A DNA stretch of 64,000 bases, taken from assembly GCA_965219455.1 (NCBI GenBank), contig OZ244744.1, forward strand, positions 928,001-992,000, given 5' to 3'. Below, one piece after another: positions 1-11,243 of this stretch. This DNA is from Candidatus Latescibacterota bacterium (lineage in GTDB: Bacteria > Latescibacterota > UBA2968 > GCA-2709665). The number at the start of each line of letters is the position of its first letter. Positions within the stretch are counted from its first letter, which is position 1. Position numbers and translations under genes: made by a program. The notes beneath the pieces were generated by a model, which saw only the letters and a program-made list of their open reading frames with translations, was not told where the DNA came from and made no database searches.

Positions 1-1746
1 GAGCACCACGCGGGCGCCCTCCTGCGGCTGAAGCAACTCATTGAAGACACGTGCGTGAAACGTTACCGGAGCACCGCTGCGATAGACCGGCTTGTCCACC
101 TCCAGCTGTACCCGCTCGACATCCTCCCGCTTTACCAGCCACTGCACGGAATTTGCCCAAAACGCCTTCGAAACCTCATCGTTCCTGCCGATGCCCCACA
201 TCATGAGACCGAGCCGCCAGAACGTCCTGACCGCCACGGCCATCACCTTGCCCGCGCCCGCGCGACCCACTGCAACCAGGGGCATCTTTTCGCTGCCCGC
301 ACGTTCGACCGGATGATAAATCAGGGTTTCGGCGTCCCCTCGAAGACCCTTATTCACATTGCAGGCCAGAACCGGCGGGAGATCGCCCCAGGCCTGTCGG
401 TCCGCCAGGGGGTCGTCCGAGACCCGAAGAATGGGATGCATGGTTCCGGACCGGGACAATTCAAGCCGGAATGACGCCTCACGATACGTATTCGCGTCCG
501 GAGAACACAGGACCGGCAGCACCCGTGCAACAGGCGACCGCGCGTATGCCCCGTTGAATCCCGCCCGTCCACCCACCGCGAGCAGCGCGCCGCCCGATTC
601 CACAAATTCGGCCAGGCGGCGGCCGGTTTGCCCCGAAAGCATTTCGCCGGGCAGATCGAACAGGACGACGAGCTCGTCCGGATCGGTCAATGCCGCCCGA
701 AGCCGAACAGGCAATTCGCCCTTTTTTCGGCCAACGAGTACCTCCACTTGCAGATTCTCGTTGGCCTCCAGCAGGCGGCGCAAATAGGCAAGATCCGCAC
801 TGGGGGAACCCGCGACCATCAGAACACGCAGTCGGTTCTCGATGACCTCCGCCGAAACGACGGCGGTATTGTTGGCGGTCGAGCGTTCTGACGGCTGCGA
901 GGCGAGATGGATTCGATATACACGCCGGCCCGCCCGATCGGGTGAGACGGTCAACCGGACCTCCTGCTCGCCGTCCAACAGCGTAACCGGCGCCTCCGCC
1001 ACCCGGCGCCCACCCTCTTCGACAACCAGCAACGATCTTGCGCCCTCGCATCCGCTCGACTTCAGTCCCACCGAGATCGAAAGCGGTCGCCCTACGTATA
1101 CCATCGGGTCGCATACGGCAGATACAATTGCCACGTCCTTCGGCGCATCCGCCTTCCCCACGCCCACCGCAAACACGGGCGCACCCAACTCGAGCGCGGC
1201 CCGTTCCGGCCTCGCGCCCAGGTTGTGAGCCCCATCAGAAATCAACACTGCCGCGACCAATCCCTCGCCAGCCGTTTTCTCGCGCAGCATATCCAGCGCC
1301 GCAGCCAGGTCCGTCGCCCTCCCGTCGAAGCGAAGCGAATCCACGCCCATTGGCGTCATGGGCGCCATCCACTCGGAGAAGCGATACCAGACCACCCGGG
1401 CGCGCGTCTCCAGCGCTTCGAACACGCCGCTCGTCAGGAGGTCAATCGCGAGATCGTGGCGCTTCCTCCCGTCGTCCTCGATGCGCATACTCTCGCTATC
1501 GTCCACCAGGACGGCCACAAGCGGCTTGCGCTCGCGCCGCATCGTGAGCGCAAGGACGGGTTCCATCATCAACACCAGCAGAAGAAGAAACGCTGTGCAC
1601 CGGAATACCAGCAACCATCGTACCAACCGGAATCCTTGCTTTCGGACGCGGTACGCCTGCCAAGCCAGGTAAACACAGACCGGCGCAAGCAAACCCAACA
1701 ACAATCCATCGCGCAAGCTCAGATCCAAATCGGACAACTGGAACAT
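1..1746 (-). CDS. VWA-domain membrane protein (3' end runs off the window; missed by the ORF track)
   Basis: Manual translation from ATG at 1746: MFQLSDLDLSLRDGLLLGLLAPVCVYLAW..., two hydrophobic segments, then LVAVLVDDSESM (MIDAS-like DxSxS), ATDLAAAL and VLISDG. The same frame reads ...DKPVYRSGAPVTFHARVFNELLQP at the window start; the middle was not fully translated. Confidence 0.8.
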   Translation of the reverse strand, partial: MFQLSDLDLSLRDGLLLGLLAPVCVYLAWQAYRVRKQGFRLVRWLLVFRCTAFLLLLVLMMEPVLALTMRRERKPLVAVLVDDSESMRIEDDGRKRHDLAIDLLTSGVFEALETRARVVWYRFSEWMAPMTPMGVDSLRFDGRATDLAAALDMLREKTAGEGLVAAVLISDGAHNLGARPERAALELGAPVFAVGVGKADAPKDVAIVSAVCDPMVYVGRPLSISVGLKSSGCEGARSLLVVEEGGRRVAEAPVTLLDGEQEVRLTVSPDRAGRRVYRIHLASQPSERSTANNTAVVSAEVIENRLRVLMVAGSPSADLAYLRRLLEANENLQVEVLVGRKKGELPVRLRAALTDPDELVVLFDLPGEMLSGQTGRRLAEFVESGGALLAVGGRAGFNGAYARSPVARVLPVLCSPDANTYREASFRLELSRSGTMHPILRVSDDPLADRQAWGDLPPVLACNVNKGLRGDAETLIYHPVERAGSEKMPLVAVGRAGAGKVMAVAVRTFWRLGLMMWGIGRNDEVSKAFWANSVQWLVKREDVERVQLEVDKPVYRSGAPVTFHARVFNELLQPQEGARVVL

Positions 1747-1802
1747 AAGTGTTCTGTCCCGGAAATAGATTGCCTGAATTCGGCCGACCAGAAGCAGCAA
1801 AA

Positions 1803-2157
1803 ACAGCGATCAGCCATAAGCGGTCAGCTTGAATCAAAAACTCAATCAGTTGGCGTCAGCGCCGTGACCTCTCCCCCCGGCCCCCTCTCCTAAAGGAAAG
1901 GGGGAGACAAGCGCTGACCCGACACAAAATGACGCCTGGATTCATTCATCGATCAATCTGTCTTCAACCGACGACAGTTTTCCCCTTCCTTCAGGAAGGG
2001 GGTTAGGGGGTAGGTCTAGCGCTCCCCTTCGCAATCCACTGCTCGTTTCGCACAACGAGTGTCCATTTGCGGACGAGTGATACGGGAAAGTAACTAACAC
2101 GGCTTACCTCTTCCGTCTCACCGCCCTTTAGCAACCAGCGAGACGGGATGAATCGGC
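1803..2157. repeat. ~355-bp dispersed intergenic repeat, copy A (inverted copy at 35165-35517)
   Basis: Near-identical core ctcgtttcgcacaacgagtgtccattt.cggacgagtgatacgggaaag.aactaacac.gcttacctcttccgtctcaccgcc is shared with the reverse complement of ~35190-35283; the flanking C/G-run hairpins are also shared. Confidence 0.9.
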
Positions 2158-2195
2158 GGCCGAATGGTGACATATTTCTGGGACGGGACACGAGG

Positions 2196-3251
2196 TTATG
2201 CCAGCTTCATTCTCGGATCGGCATCCAGGTCTCGGCCAGATCGCTCGCCTCTGCCCAGACGGAAACCTCCGGCGGCGGCAATCATCGCCGCGTTGTCGGT
2301 GCACAGGACCGGCGGCGGAAAGCAGACCTCAACCCCGCATTCGCGGGCGGCGCGTTGCATCTCTTCCCGCAACCGCCGATTCGCCGCCACCCCGCCCGTC
2401 GTCAGAACCCGCCTCAGTTCCAGAGCGACTGCCGCTTTCATTGTCTTCTGAACGAGCACGTCGACAACCGCGGCCTGGAAACTGGCCGCGATATCTGCAT
2501 ACTCCGCCTCCGCATCGGCTTCGGTCCGGCTTTTCAGGTGATACAAAACCGATGTTTTGATCCCGCTGAAGCTGAACTCGAATCCCTCCCGATGCTGGAG
2601 CCCGCGTGGAAAAGCGAACGCACTGGCGTCACCGTGTTCCGCCAGTTCAGCAATCACCGGTCCGCCCATGGTTGTCTCGCCCGCCCTCAACACGCCAAGC
2701 ATCTTGGCCACCTTGTCGAAAGCTTCCCCCGCTGCGTCGTCCCGGGTTTCACCGCAGACTTCGTACAGACCCCACCGGCGCACGTGGATCAATTGGGTAT
2801 GGCCGCCGGAAACTACGAGTGCCAGAAACGGGGGGCTCAGGTCCGGATCCCCCAGCAGTCCGGCGAAGAGATGCCCTTCGATATGATGTACGCCGATCAA
2901 CGGGCGGCCACTGCCAAGCGCAAGACCCTTGGCGGTGGAGATACCCACCAGCAGGCACCCGACAAGGCCCGGCCCGCGGGTGACCGCAATGCCGCCGAGA
3001 TCATCCAGACCGATTCCGGCCTGGTCCAGTGCCTCGCGTACGACCGGCACGATCTTGCGCACGTGGTTCCGTGACGCCAGTTCGGGAACCACACCGCCGT
3101 AGAGACTGTGCTCCGTCTGGGAAAATATGACATTCGACAGAATACAGCCGCTGGCCACAACCGCGGCAGCCGTTTCGTCACACGACGTTTCGATGCCCAG
3201 TACAGGACGATCCCATACCGGCTGCCCGGAGTACCTGGATTGAAAAGACAT
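2196..3251 (-). CDS. tsaD: tRNA N6-adenosine threonylcarbamoyltransferase TsaD
   Basis: VLGIETSCDETAAA, GGVVPELASRNH, HHIEGH, VSGGHT, GETRDDAAGEAFDK and CTDNAAMIA motifs; start placed at ATG 3251. Confidence 0.97.
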   Translation of the reverse strand: MSFQSRYSGQPVWDRPVLGIETSCDETAAAVVASGCILSNVIFSQTEHSLYGGVVPELASRNHVRKIVPVVREALDQAGIGLDDLGGIAVTRGPGLVGCLLVGISTAKGLALGSGRPLIGVHHIEGHLFAGLLGDPDLSPPFLALVVSGGHTQLIHVRRWGLYEVCGETRDDAAGEAFDKVAKMLGVLRAGETTMGGPVIAELAEHGDASAFAFPRGLQHREGFEFSFSGIKTSVLYHLKSRTEADAEAEYADIAASFQAAVVDVLVQKTMKAAVALELRRVLTTGGVAANRRLREEMQRAARECGVEVCFPPPVLCTDNAAMIAAAGGFRLGRGERSGRDLDADPRMKLA

Positions 3252-3652
3252 CTGAACGCTATAGAACCTGAGGGGAGCAGATGGAAGAAATAAAGCGCCA
3301 CCCCCGTTGATCAGGGGATGGCCCAAGGCGAGGCGGGAAAGAAATTGAAAACCGGTTGAACAAAAGCTTCAAAAGAGGAGGCGGCACCTACGGGCAAAGA
3401 CACATCGGCGCCGCGAAAAATCCGGTTGGTAGCGTGGCGTTCAAATACATCAGACCCGGACGCCCGGTACGCGAGCCCTCATGTGGGACGCAACCGCCAC
3501 TGCCCCCACGTTCCAGAGCATCGACGCCGCCCGGCCGGATCATCATCCGGGATCGGATTTGCCGTTCGATCTTGAGACTCGTGCCTGTCCCAGGGATATC
3601 TCACCAATCGGCAATCTATTTTCGGGACAGAACACTGGGTTGCCAAATGGTG

Positions 3653-3844
3653 CTATTTGTACGACTCGGCGATGTTTCTTCCCATGCTGATTTCGCCGTT
3701 ATCGATGCGCAGGTTGAACCCGCAATCGGGGCTACTGCAAACCCAGGCCTTGTAGTGAATAGGCGCGCCATCGCGCCCGTAGTCGGACAAAGGAAGCAAG
3801 ATACCCGTTTCGCACTTCAGACACTGTGTAAATTGATTTTCCAT
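3653..3844 (-). CDS. small Zn-ribbon-like protein (63 aa)
   Basis: MENQFTQCLKCETG...KAWVCSSPDCGFN with two Cys pairs; strong GGAGGGGAGG RBS upstream of ATG 3844. Confidence 0.75.
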   Translation of the reverse strand: MENQFTQCLKCETGILLPLSDYGRDGAPIHYKAWVCSSPDCGFNLRIDNGEISMGRNIAESYK

Positions 3845-4071
3845 CCGTACCCTCCCCTCCACTTGATTTATGGCTCCTCCCGAAATGGGCCGCAATAAAC
3901 CGACGTCACCCCGCCCCCAAAACGACAACCCACGACGGCAGCGTGTAACAAGGACGCCAGAAACGACTGACCCATTTCATATTATCAGACGATATAAAAT
4001 TATGTAAACCAGGCGTTAAAGTCAAATTATTTTCTTTCTTTTCGCTACCGGTTCGTCCCGCACGAAACCAA

Positions 4072-4100
4072 TTGACAAACATATCCTGTATACGTATCGT
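4072..4100 (+). promoter_or_regulatory. sigma70-type promoter for the symporter
   Basis: TTGACA (4072-4077), 17 bp, TATCGT (4095-4100), ~80 bp upstream of ATG 4181. Confidence 0.55.
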
Positions 4101-4180
4101 TAGACCCGTTATCCGACACGAATGATCCGGGCAATCCTTTCAGAATCACAGCCAGAATTCCTTCCTGGGAGCGTATCGCA

Positions 4181-5668
4181 ATGTCGCAACACAACCGGTT
4201 TCTGATTTACATCCTGCTCGCCATTCTGTTGGGCGCTCTGTTCGGCGGCCTGTTCCCCGAGCAGGCGTTGCACGTTAAATTTCTGGGCGAGATCTTTCTC
4301 AACGCGCTCAAAATGATCGTGGTTCCGCTCGTGGTTGCCTCGATGATCATCGGCATCACAAACCTGGGAGACGTTCGCAGGCTGGGCAGCATCGGCAAGC
4401 GGACCATTATGTATTATATGGTGACGACCGGCCTGTCCGTCCTCGTCGGGCTCATTCTGGTCAACATTGTCAAGCCGGGCGTGGGTGTGTCGGCTGGCGA
4501 ATCCCTGGATGGCGCCCGGTATACGGTTGAGGACAACTGGGTGCGCCTGCAGAACGCCAGGCTATCCGAATCCGGTTACGACGGCCGTTACCAGGTTCTG
4601 CTGGCGGACCAGAATATCGTGGGCTCGATCGACGCCGATGCAAGACACACGTCCGACAACCTCCGGGTGAAAGGCTGGCTCGACCGGGACACCCGGGAAG
4701 CCGTCGTGCCGATGCCTTCCGGCGTTGGCGTCCACGTCGACCTGGGAATGTCCGAACGGGTAAGAGGGAAGGACCGCTCTGTTGTCGATATATTTGTCGA
4801 CATGCTCGTTGGCATGATCCCGGTCAACATATTTAAAGCCATGGTCGAAACCGACGTCCTGCCGCTGATCGTCTTCTCCCTGCTCTTCGGCGGCGTGCTG
4901 ACCACTCTCGGGAACCGGACCCGTCCGGTTATCGACGTCATTGCGGGCATCAACGACGCCATTATGAAGATTGTACACATCGTCATCGGTTTCGCTCCCG
5001 TGGGGATATTCGGTCTGATTGCCGGACGCATGGGCAGCAGCGGCGGCTGGGCTGGTTTTCTGCCGGAGCTTACCAAGCTCGGGTGGTACGCCTCCACAGT
5101 TATTCTGGCCCTGTTGATCCACGGTCTGATCGTCCTCCCGTTGATCCTCCGCTTCTTTGGCAGGAGAAACGTCAAAAATTACGGACACAATCAGCTCCCG
5201 GCCCTTGGCACGGCTTTTTCCACGGCTTCCAGTTCGGCGACGTTGCCGCTCACGATCGATTGCGTTACCAAGCGAAACGGCGTCTCCAAACGGGTCTCGA
5301 GCTTCGTATTGCCGCTTGGCGCCACCATCAATATGGATGGTACCGCGCTTTATGAAGCCGTAGCCGCCATTTTCATCGCGCAGGTCTACGGCATCACGAT
5401 GGGTCCGGTTGAAATGGTCATCATCTTTCTCACCGCCACCCTGGCCGCCATCGGCGCCGCCGGAATTCCCGAGGCCGGTCTGGTGACCATGGTCATCGTC
5501 CTGCGAGCCGTGGGCCTGCCCATCGAGGGCATCACCCTTATCCTGGTCATCGATTGGTTCCTGGACCGCTGCCGCACCACCGTCAACGTCTGGGGCGACG
5601 CCATCGGTGCCGCGGTCGTCTCCCAATTCGAGGGAGAACGCCAACCCGATTCCGCGGACGCGGCATAA
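4181..5668 (+). CDS. dicarboxylate/amino acid:cation symporter (DAACS, GltP-like)
   Basis: FLNALKMIVVPLV, AFSTASSSATLP, PLGATINMDGTALYE and DWFLDRCRTTVNVWGD signature motifs. Confidence 0.95.
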   Translation: MSQHNRFLIYILLAILLGALFGGLFPEQALHVKFLGEIFLNALKMIVVPLVVASMIIGITNLGDVRRLGSIGKRTIMYYMVTTGLSVLVGLILVNIVKPGVGVSAGESLDGARYTVEDNWVRLQNARLSESGYDGRYQVLLADQNIVGSIDADARHTSDNLRVKGWLDRDTREAVVPMPSGVGVHVDLGMSERVRGKDRSVVDIFVDMLVGMIPVNIFKAMVETDVLPLIVFSLLFGGVLTTLGNRTRPVIDVIAGINDAIMKIVHIVIGFAPVGIFGLIAGRMGSSGGWAGFLPELTKLGWYASTVILALLIHGLIVLPLILRFFGRRNVKNYGHNQLPALGTAFSTASSSATLPLTIDCVTKRNGVSKRVSSFVLPLGATINMDGTALYEAVAAIFIAQVYGITMGPVEMVIIFLTATLAAIGAAGIPEAGLVTMVIVLRAVGLPIEGITLILVIDWFLDRCRTTVNVWGDAIGAAVVSQFEGERQPDSADAA

Positions 5669-5863
5669 GTTAAAGACCCATAACTCACGGCGCCCGGCGC
5701 AAGCTCAATTCACCTTCGGACGCCGAGGGATCCCTTTCCGCAGGCCATCGGCCTGAATGGACGCCCATTTCGGATGTCCGACCGGGTACGCGAAGACATC
5801 CCGGAACAGCGTCCCAACCTTCCCGGCTCTCTCCCGGAGACTGCCCGCCCGTCTCCAGCCTCT

Positions 5864-7567
5864 ATGTCATACAATTCCCAAAATCCACTAATTGTGCAGA
5901 GCGACATGTCGGTTCTTGCGGAGGTCGGCGGCCCGCGGTACGAAGCCGCCCGGGGCGTTCTCGCCCGCTTCGCCGAACTGGAAAAAAGCCCGGAATACAT
6001 TCATACCTATCGCATCAGCCCGCTATCGCTCTGGAACTCCGCCGCCGCGGGTCTCACGGCAGACGAAATCATCGACGCCCTGGAATCGTTCAGCAAATAT
6101 GAGGTCCCCCAGAACGTTTCCGTTGAAATCCGGGAAACCCTCGGGCGATACGGTCGAATTCGACTGGAACGATCCGGAAACGACCTCATCCTCTCGGCCG
6201 ACGATCCGCTGCTCATCACCGAAATCTGCCAGCACAAGTCCGTGCGGCCTTATTTGAATCGCAAGATTGACGCGCGCCGCCTCAAAGTCGACCTGCTGTA
6301 CCGGGGCCACCTGAAACAGGCGCTCACCCGCATCGGTTTCCCGGTCAAGGATCTCGCCGGGTACGTGCCCGGCAAGGGCTTGGCTCTGCGTCGACGAGCC
6401 ATCACGCGGTCGGGCGCTCCGTTTCACCTGCGCGACTACCAGCGGGAGGCGATGGAGATCTTTCACGCGGGCGGCGGACCGGAGGGGGGCAGCGGCGTGG
6501 TGGTTCTGCCCTGCGGATCGGGAAAAACCATTGTGGGTATCGCCGCCCTCGAACGGCTTCAGACCCAGGCGCTCATCCTCACCACCAACATCACCGCCTC
6601 CCGGCAGTGGAAAGCGGAACTGCTGGACAAGACGGATCTGAAGGCGGACCAGATCGGCGAATATTCGGGAGAAGTCAAAGAGATCCGTCCCATTACCATC
6701 GCCACGTACAATATCCTCACCTATCGAAAGAAAAAAGGCGATGCGTTTCCCCACTTCGCCATCTTCAACCAGGGCAACTGGGGCGTTATCCTATATGACG
6801 AAGTTCATCTGCTGCCCGCGCCCGTCTTCCGCTTTACCGCCGAACTCCAGGCGCGACGCAGGCTTGGTCTCACCGCCACGCTGGTGCGGGAAGACGGGCT
6901 CGAGGCGGACGTCTTCAGTCTCATAGGGCCGAAACGCTTCGACGTACCCTGGCGTGATCTGGAATCCAGGGGCTGGATTGCCACCGCTGATTGCTGCGAG
7001 ATTCGCCTCCCGTTGCCGCAGCATCTGCGACTGGACTACGCCGTTGCCGGGGGGCGCGGCAAATTCCGTATCGCCTCGGAAAATCCATCCAAAATTCCTC
7101 TGGCCAAACAACTCATCCGGATACACGCCAAGGATCAGATCCTGGTGATCGGCAAATATGTCGACCAGGTCGAAGCCTTCGCCAGAGAACTGCGCGCGCC
7201 AATCATTACAGGCAAAACCCCCAGCCACGAGCGCGACCGGTTATACGCGCGTTTCCGACAGGGCGATATCCGACTGATGGTCGTTTCCAAGGTGGCCAAT
7301 TTCGCCGTCGACCTGCCGGATGCCAACGTGGCCATCCAGATTTCCGGGACCTTCGGTTCCCGGCAGGAGGAAGCCCAGCGGTTGGGGCGCATCATCCGAC
7401 CCAAGTCCAACGGCAGCCTGGCACACTTCTACACCCTCGTTACCAGAGATACCCGGGAATTGGAATTCGCCCGCAAACGCCAGACGTTTCTTACCGAACA
7501 GGGTTACCGGTATTCCATTCGGGACGCCGCCGATGTCTTCAAAGAATCCGGCGCCGCTCCGGTCTGA
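5864..7567 (+). CDS. XPB/Ssl2-like SF2 DNA helicase
   Basis: N-terminal NPLIVQSD...ELEKSPEYIHTYRISPLSLWN typical of bacterial XPB; Walker A LPCGSGKT, DEVH, GLTATLVRED and QRLGRIIR. Confidence 0.93.
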   Translation: MSYNSQNPLIVQSDMSVLAEVGGPRYEAARGVLARFAELEKSPEYIHTYRISPLSLWNSAAAGLTADEIIDALESFSKYEVPQNVSVEIRETLGRYGRIRLERSGNDLILSADDPLLITEICQHKSVRPYLNRKIDARRLKVDLLYRGHLKQALTRIGFPVKDLAGYVPGKGLALRRRAITRSGAPFHLRDYQREAMEIFHAGGGPEGGSGVVVLPCGSGKTIVGIAALERLQTQALILTTNITASRQWKAELLDKTDLKADQIGEYSGEVKEIRPITIATYNILTYRKKKGDAFPHFAIFNQGNWGVILYDEVHLLPAPVFRFTAELQARRRLGLTATLVREDGLEADVFSLIGPKRFDVPWRDLESRGWIATADCCEIRLPLPQHLRLDYAVAGGRGKFRIASENPSKIPLAKQLIRIHAKDQILVIGKYVDQVEAFARELRAPIITGKTPSHERDRLYARFRQGDIRLMVVSKVANFAVDLPDANVAIQISGTFGSRQEEAQRLGRIIRPKSNGSLAHFYTLVTRDTRELEFARKRQTFLTEQGYRYSIRDAADVFKESGAAPV

Positions 7568-8408
7568 CCTTTCCGAAGCCGCCGCCTTCCGTGCACGCCT
7601 GCAGATTACGCGCCCTCAGAACTGTCTCATTACCTTTGCCTCCGTGCTGATGGGCGGGTGGCTAGGCGTACACGCGCTGCCCGCGTCGCTCTGGATCGCC
7701 GCTTTTTCCGCCGCAGCCATCATGGCCGGCGGCAATGCCCTCAACGACCTGTGGGATCTGGAAACCGATCGCATCAACCACCCTCACAGGCCCCTTCCTT
7801 CCGCCCGTCTTACCCCCCGCGCAGCCGGCATCGAATGCGTTGCCCTCTTCTCGCTAGGCCTCGGCCTTAGCCTCTTTCTGGCGTCCGAAGCCGTCGTGAC
7901 CGCCGCCGCCGCGTGCGGCTGCCTCGTGGCCTACAATCGCCGGCTGAAACACATCCCGCTGGCCGGCAACGTCGCGGTCAGCCTCCTGTGCGGCATGGCG
8001 TTCTTCTACGGCGGATTCGCCGTCCGCGCCCCCGTACCCGCCGCCGTACCCGCCCTGTTTGCAGCCATCTACCATCTGGCCCGGGAAATTCTCAAAGACG
8101 CCCAGGACATCCCCGGAGACCGTATGGCGCCCGGTGGAACCCTGCCCCTCCGCTGGGGGCCGGCCAGATCCTGCCGCCTGGCCGTTGCCGCCTACGCGCT
8201 CCTGGTTCTCCTCACCCCGGTTCCGTACATCCTGGACCTCTACGGACTGCCCTATCTCATCCTCGTCTGCCTCCTCGATCTGTTTTTGATCGGCATCATA
8301 TTCTCCCTCCGGCGCGTCCCGGATACGCGTCGCCTCCGCCAGGTCAACCGGTTCCTCAAGGCCGGAATGATCCTGGGGCTGCTGGCAATCCTCGCGGGCG
8401 CACGCTGA
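7533..8408 (+). CDS. UbiA-family prenyltransferase, DGGGP-synthase-like
   Basis: Asp-rich motifs NALNDLWDLETDRINHPHRPLPS and REILKDAQDIPGD; multiple TM helices; start uncertain (overlaps the XPB 3' end). Confidence 0.85.
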   Translation: MSSKNPAPLRSDLSEAAAFRARLQITRPQNCLITFASVLMGGWLGVHALPASLWIAAFSAAAIMAGGNALNDLWDLETDRINHPHRPLPSARLTPRAAGIECVALFSLGLGLSLFLASEAVVTAAAACGCLVAYNRRLKHIPLAGNVAVSLLCGMAFFYGGFAVRAPVPAAVPALFAAIYHLAREILKDAQDIPGDRMAPGGTLPLRWGPARSCRLAVAAYALLVLLTPVPYILDLYGLPYLILVCLLDLFLIGIIFSLRRVPDTRRLRQVNRFLKAGMILGLLAILAGAR

Positions 8409-8499
8409 TCTTTCGCCGGAGGAGAGGTCCCCGTCAATGGGCCAAAAACCCCATGCGGGCCTTTGAAATTGACACAACTCATTGATTATATTAACTTAA

Positions 8500-10587
<2,088 letters not shown>

Positions 10588-10679
10588 CGACTCGAGGAAG
10601 CACGGCGCAGACGATGCGCTCGCCCGGACAAGCGCACGGAAATACCTCGGCCCGAAGGGCCCAATACAAGGCTTTTCGC

Positions 10680-10708
10680 TTGACAGGTAGCGGTCGCTTT
10701 GTTACACT
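10680..10708 (+). promoter_or_regulatory. sigma70 promoter of tRNA-Ala
   Basis: TTGACA (10680-10685), 17 bp, TACACT (10703-10708), 21 bp before the tRNA. Confidence 0.7.
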
Positions 10709-10729
10709 TCGTCCACATTACCCAGAGGT

Positions 10730-10805
10730 GGGGCTGTAGCTCAGCTGGGAGAGCGCATGACTGGCAGTCATGAGGTCATCGGTTCGATCCCGATCAGCTC
10801 CACCA
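10730..10805 (+). tRNA. tRNA-Ala (GGC)
   Basis: 76 nt; acceptor GGGGCTG/CAGCTCC with G3:U70; anticodon arm CATGA-CTGGCAG-TCATG; T-loop GGTTCGATCC; encoded CCA end. Confidence 0.97.
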
Positions 10806-10816
10806 TGAATTCAGAG

Positions 10817-10850
10817 ACAGGCTTGCAGGAATATCCCGCAAGCCTGTTTG
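10817..10850 (+). terminator. intrinsic terminator after tRNA-Ala
   Basis: Hairpin acaggcttgc...gcaagcctgt followed by a T-rich tail. Confidence 0.7.
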
Positions 10851-10868
10851 GTTTATATGGTAAAGGCG

Positions 10869-11029
10869 CCCTCACCCGGCGCTGCGCGCCACCCTGGGGG
10901 GTCAAAGGCGCCCTCACCCGGCGCTACGCGCCACCCTCTCCCAGAGGGAGAGGGTCTGATTGGTGCGCTGGCGTCCGCCAGCGACCCCGATCAACCGACT
11001 GCGCGACACACTGTCCCAGAGGGAGAGGG
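10869..11029. repeat. cluster of the CCCTCACCC-type double-hairpin repeat (REP family 1)
   Basis: Truncated copy at 10869, full 44-bp copy CCCTCACCCGGCGCTACGCGCCACCCTCTCCCAGAGGGAGAGGG at 10911-10954, partial copy near 11010. Confidence 0.9.
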
Positions 11030-11243
11030 TCTGGCTGCAGGTTAGGCAAGCCAGGCGCGCCGGTGGGGGGGCGTTCTTGAGGTGAAGGCGTTTGGCCGCC
11101 GGGTGTCGCAAAATGCGACGGTCATCGGGCAATGGACTCGATCACAAACACCCCGTTTTACGTTGACGGGTAATGATGAGATATATACTTTAATGGTGTA
11201 CAAGAACTTAGCGCTGGAAATGTAAACCCGGGAGCTATACTCG

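Noticed and set aside
55-1893. Multiple ORF-track calls over the first 1.9 kb
   Set aside because: Shadows of a minus-strand VWA protein gene that lacks a stop inside the window.
10757-11132. ORFs 10757-11080, 10848-11045 and 10914-11132
   Set aside because: They overlap the tRNA, terminator and REP cluster; the translations are repeat-derived.
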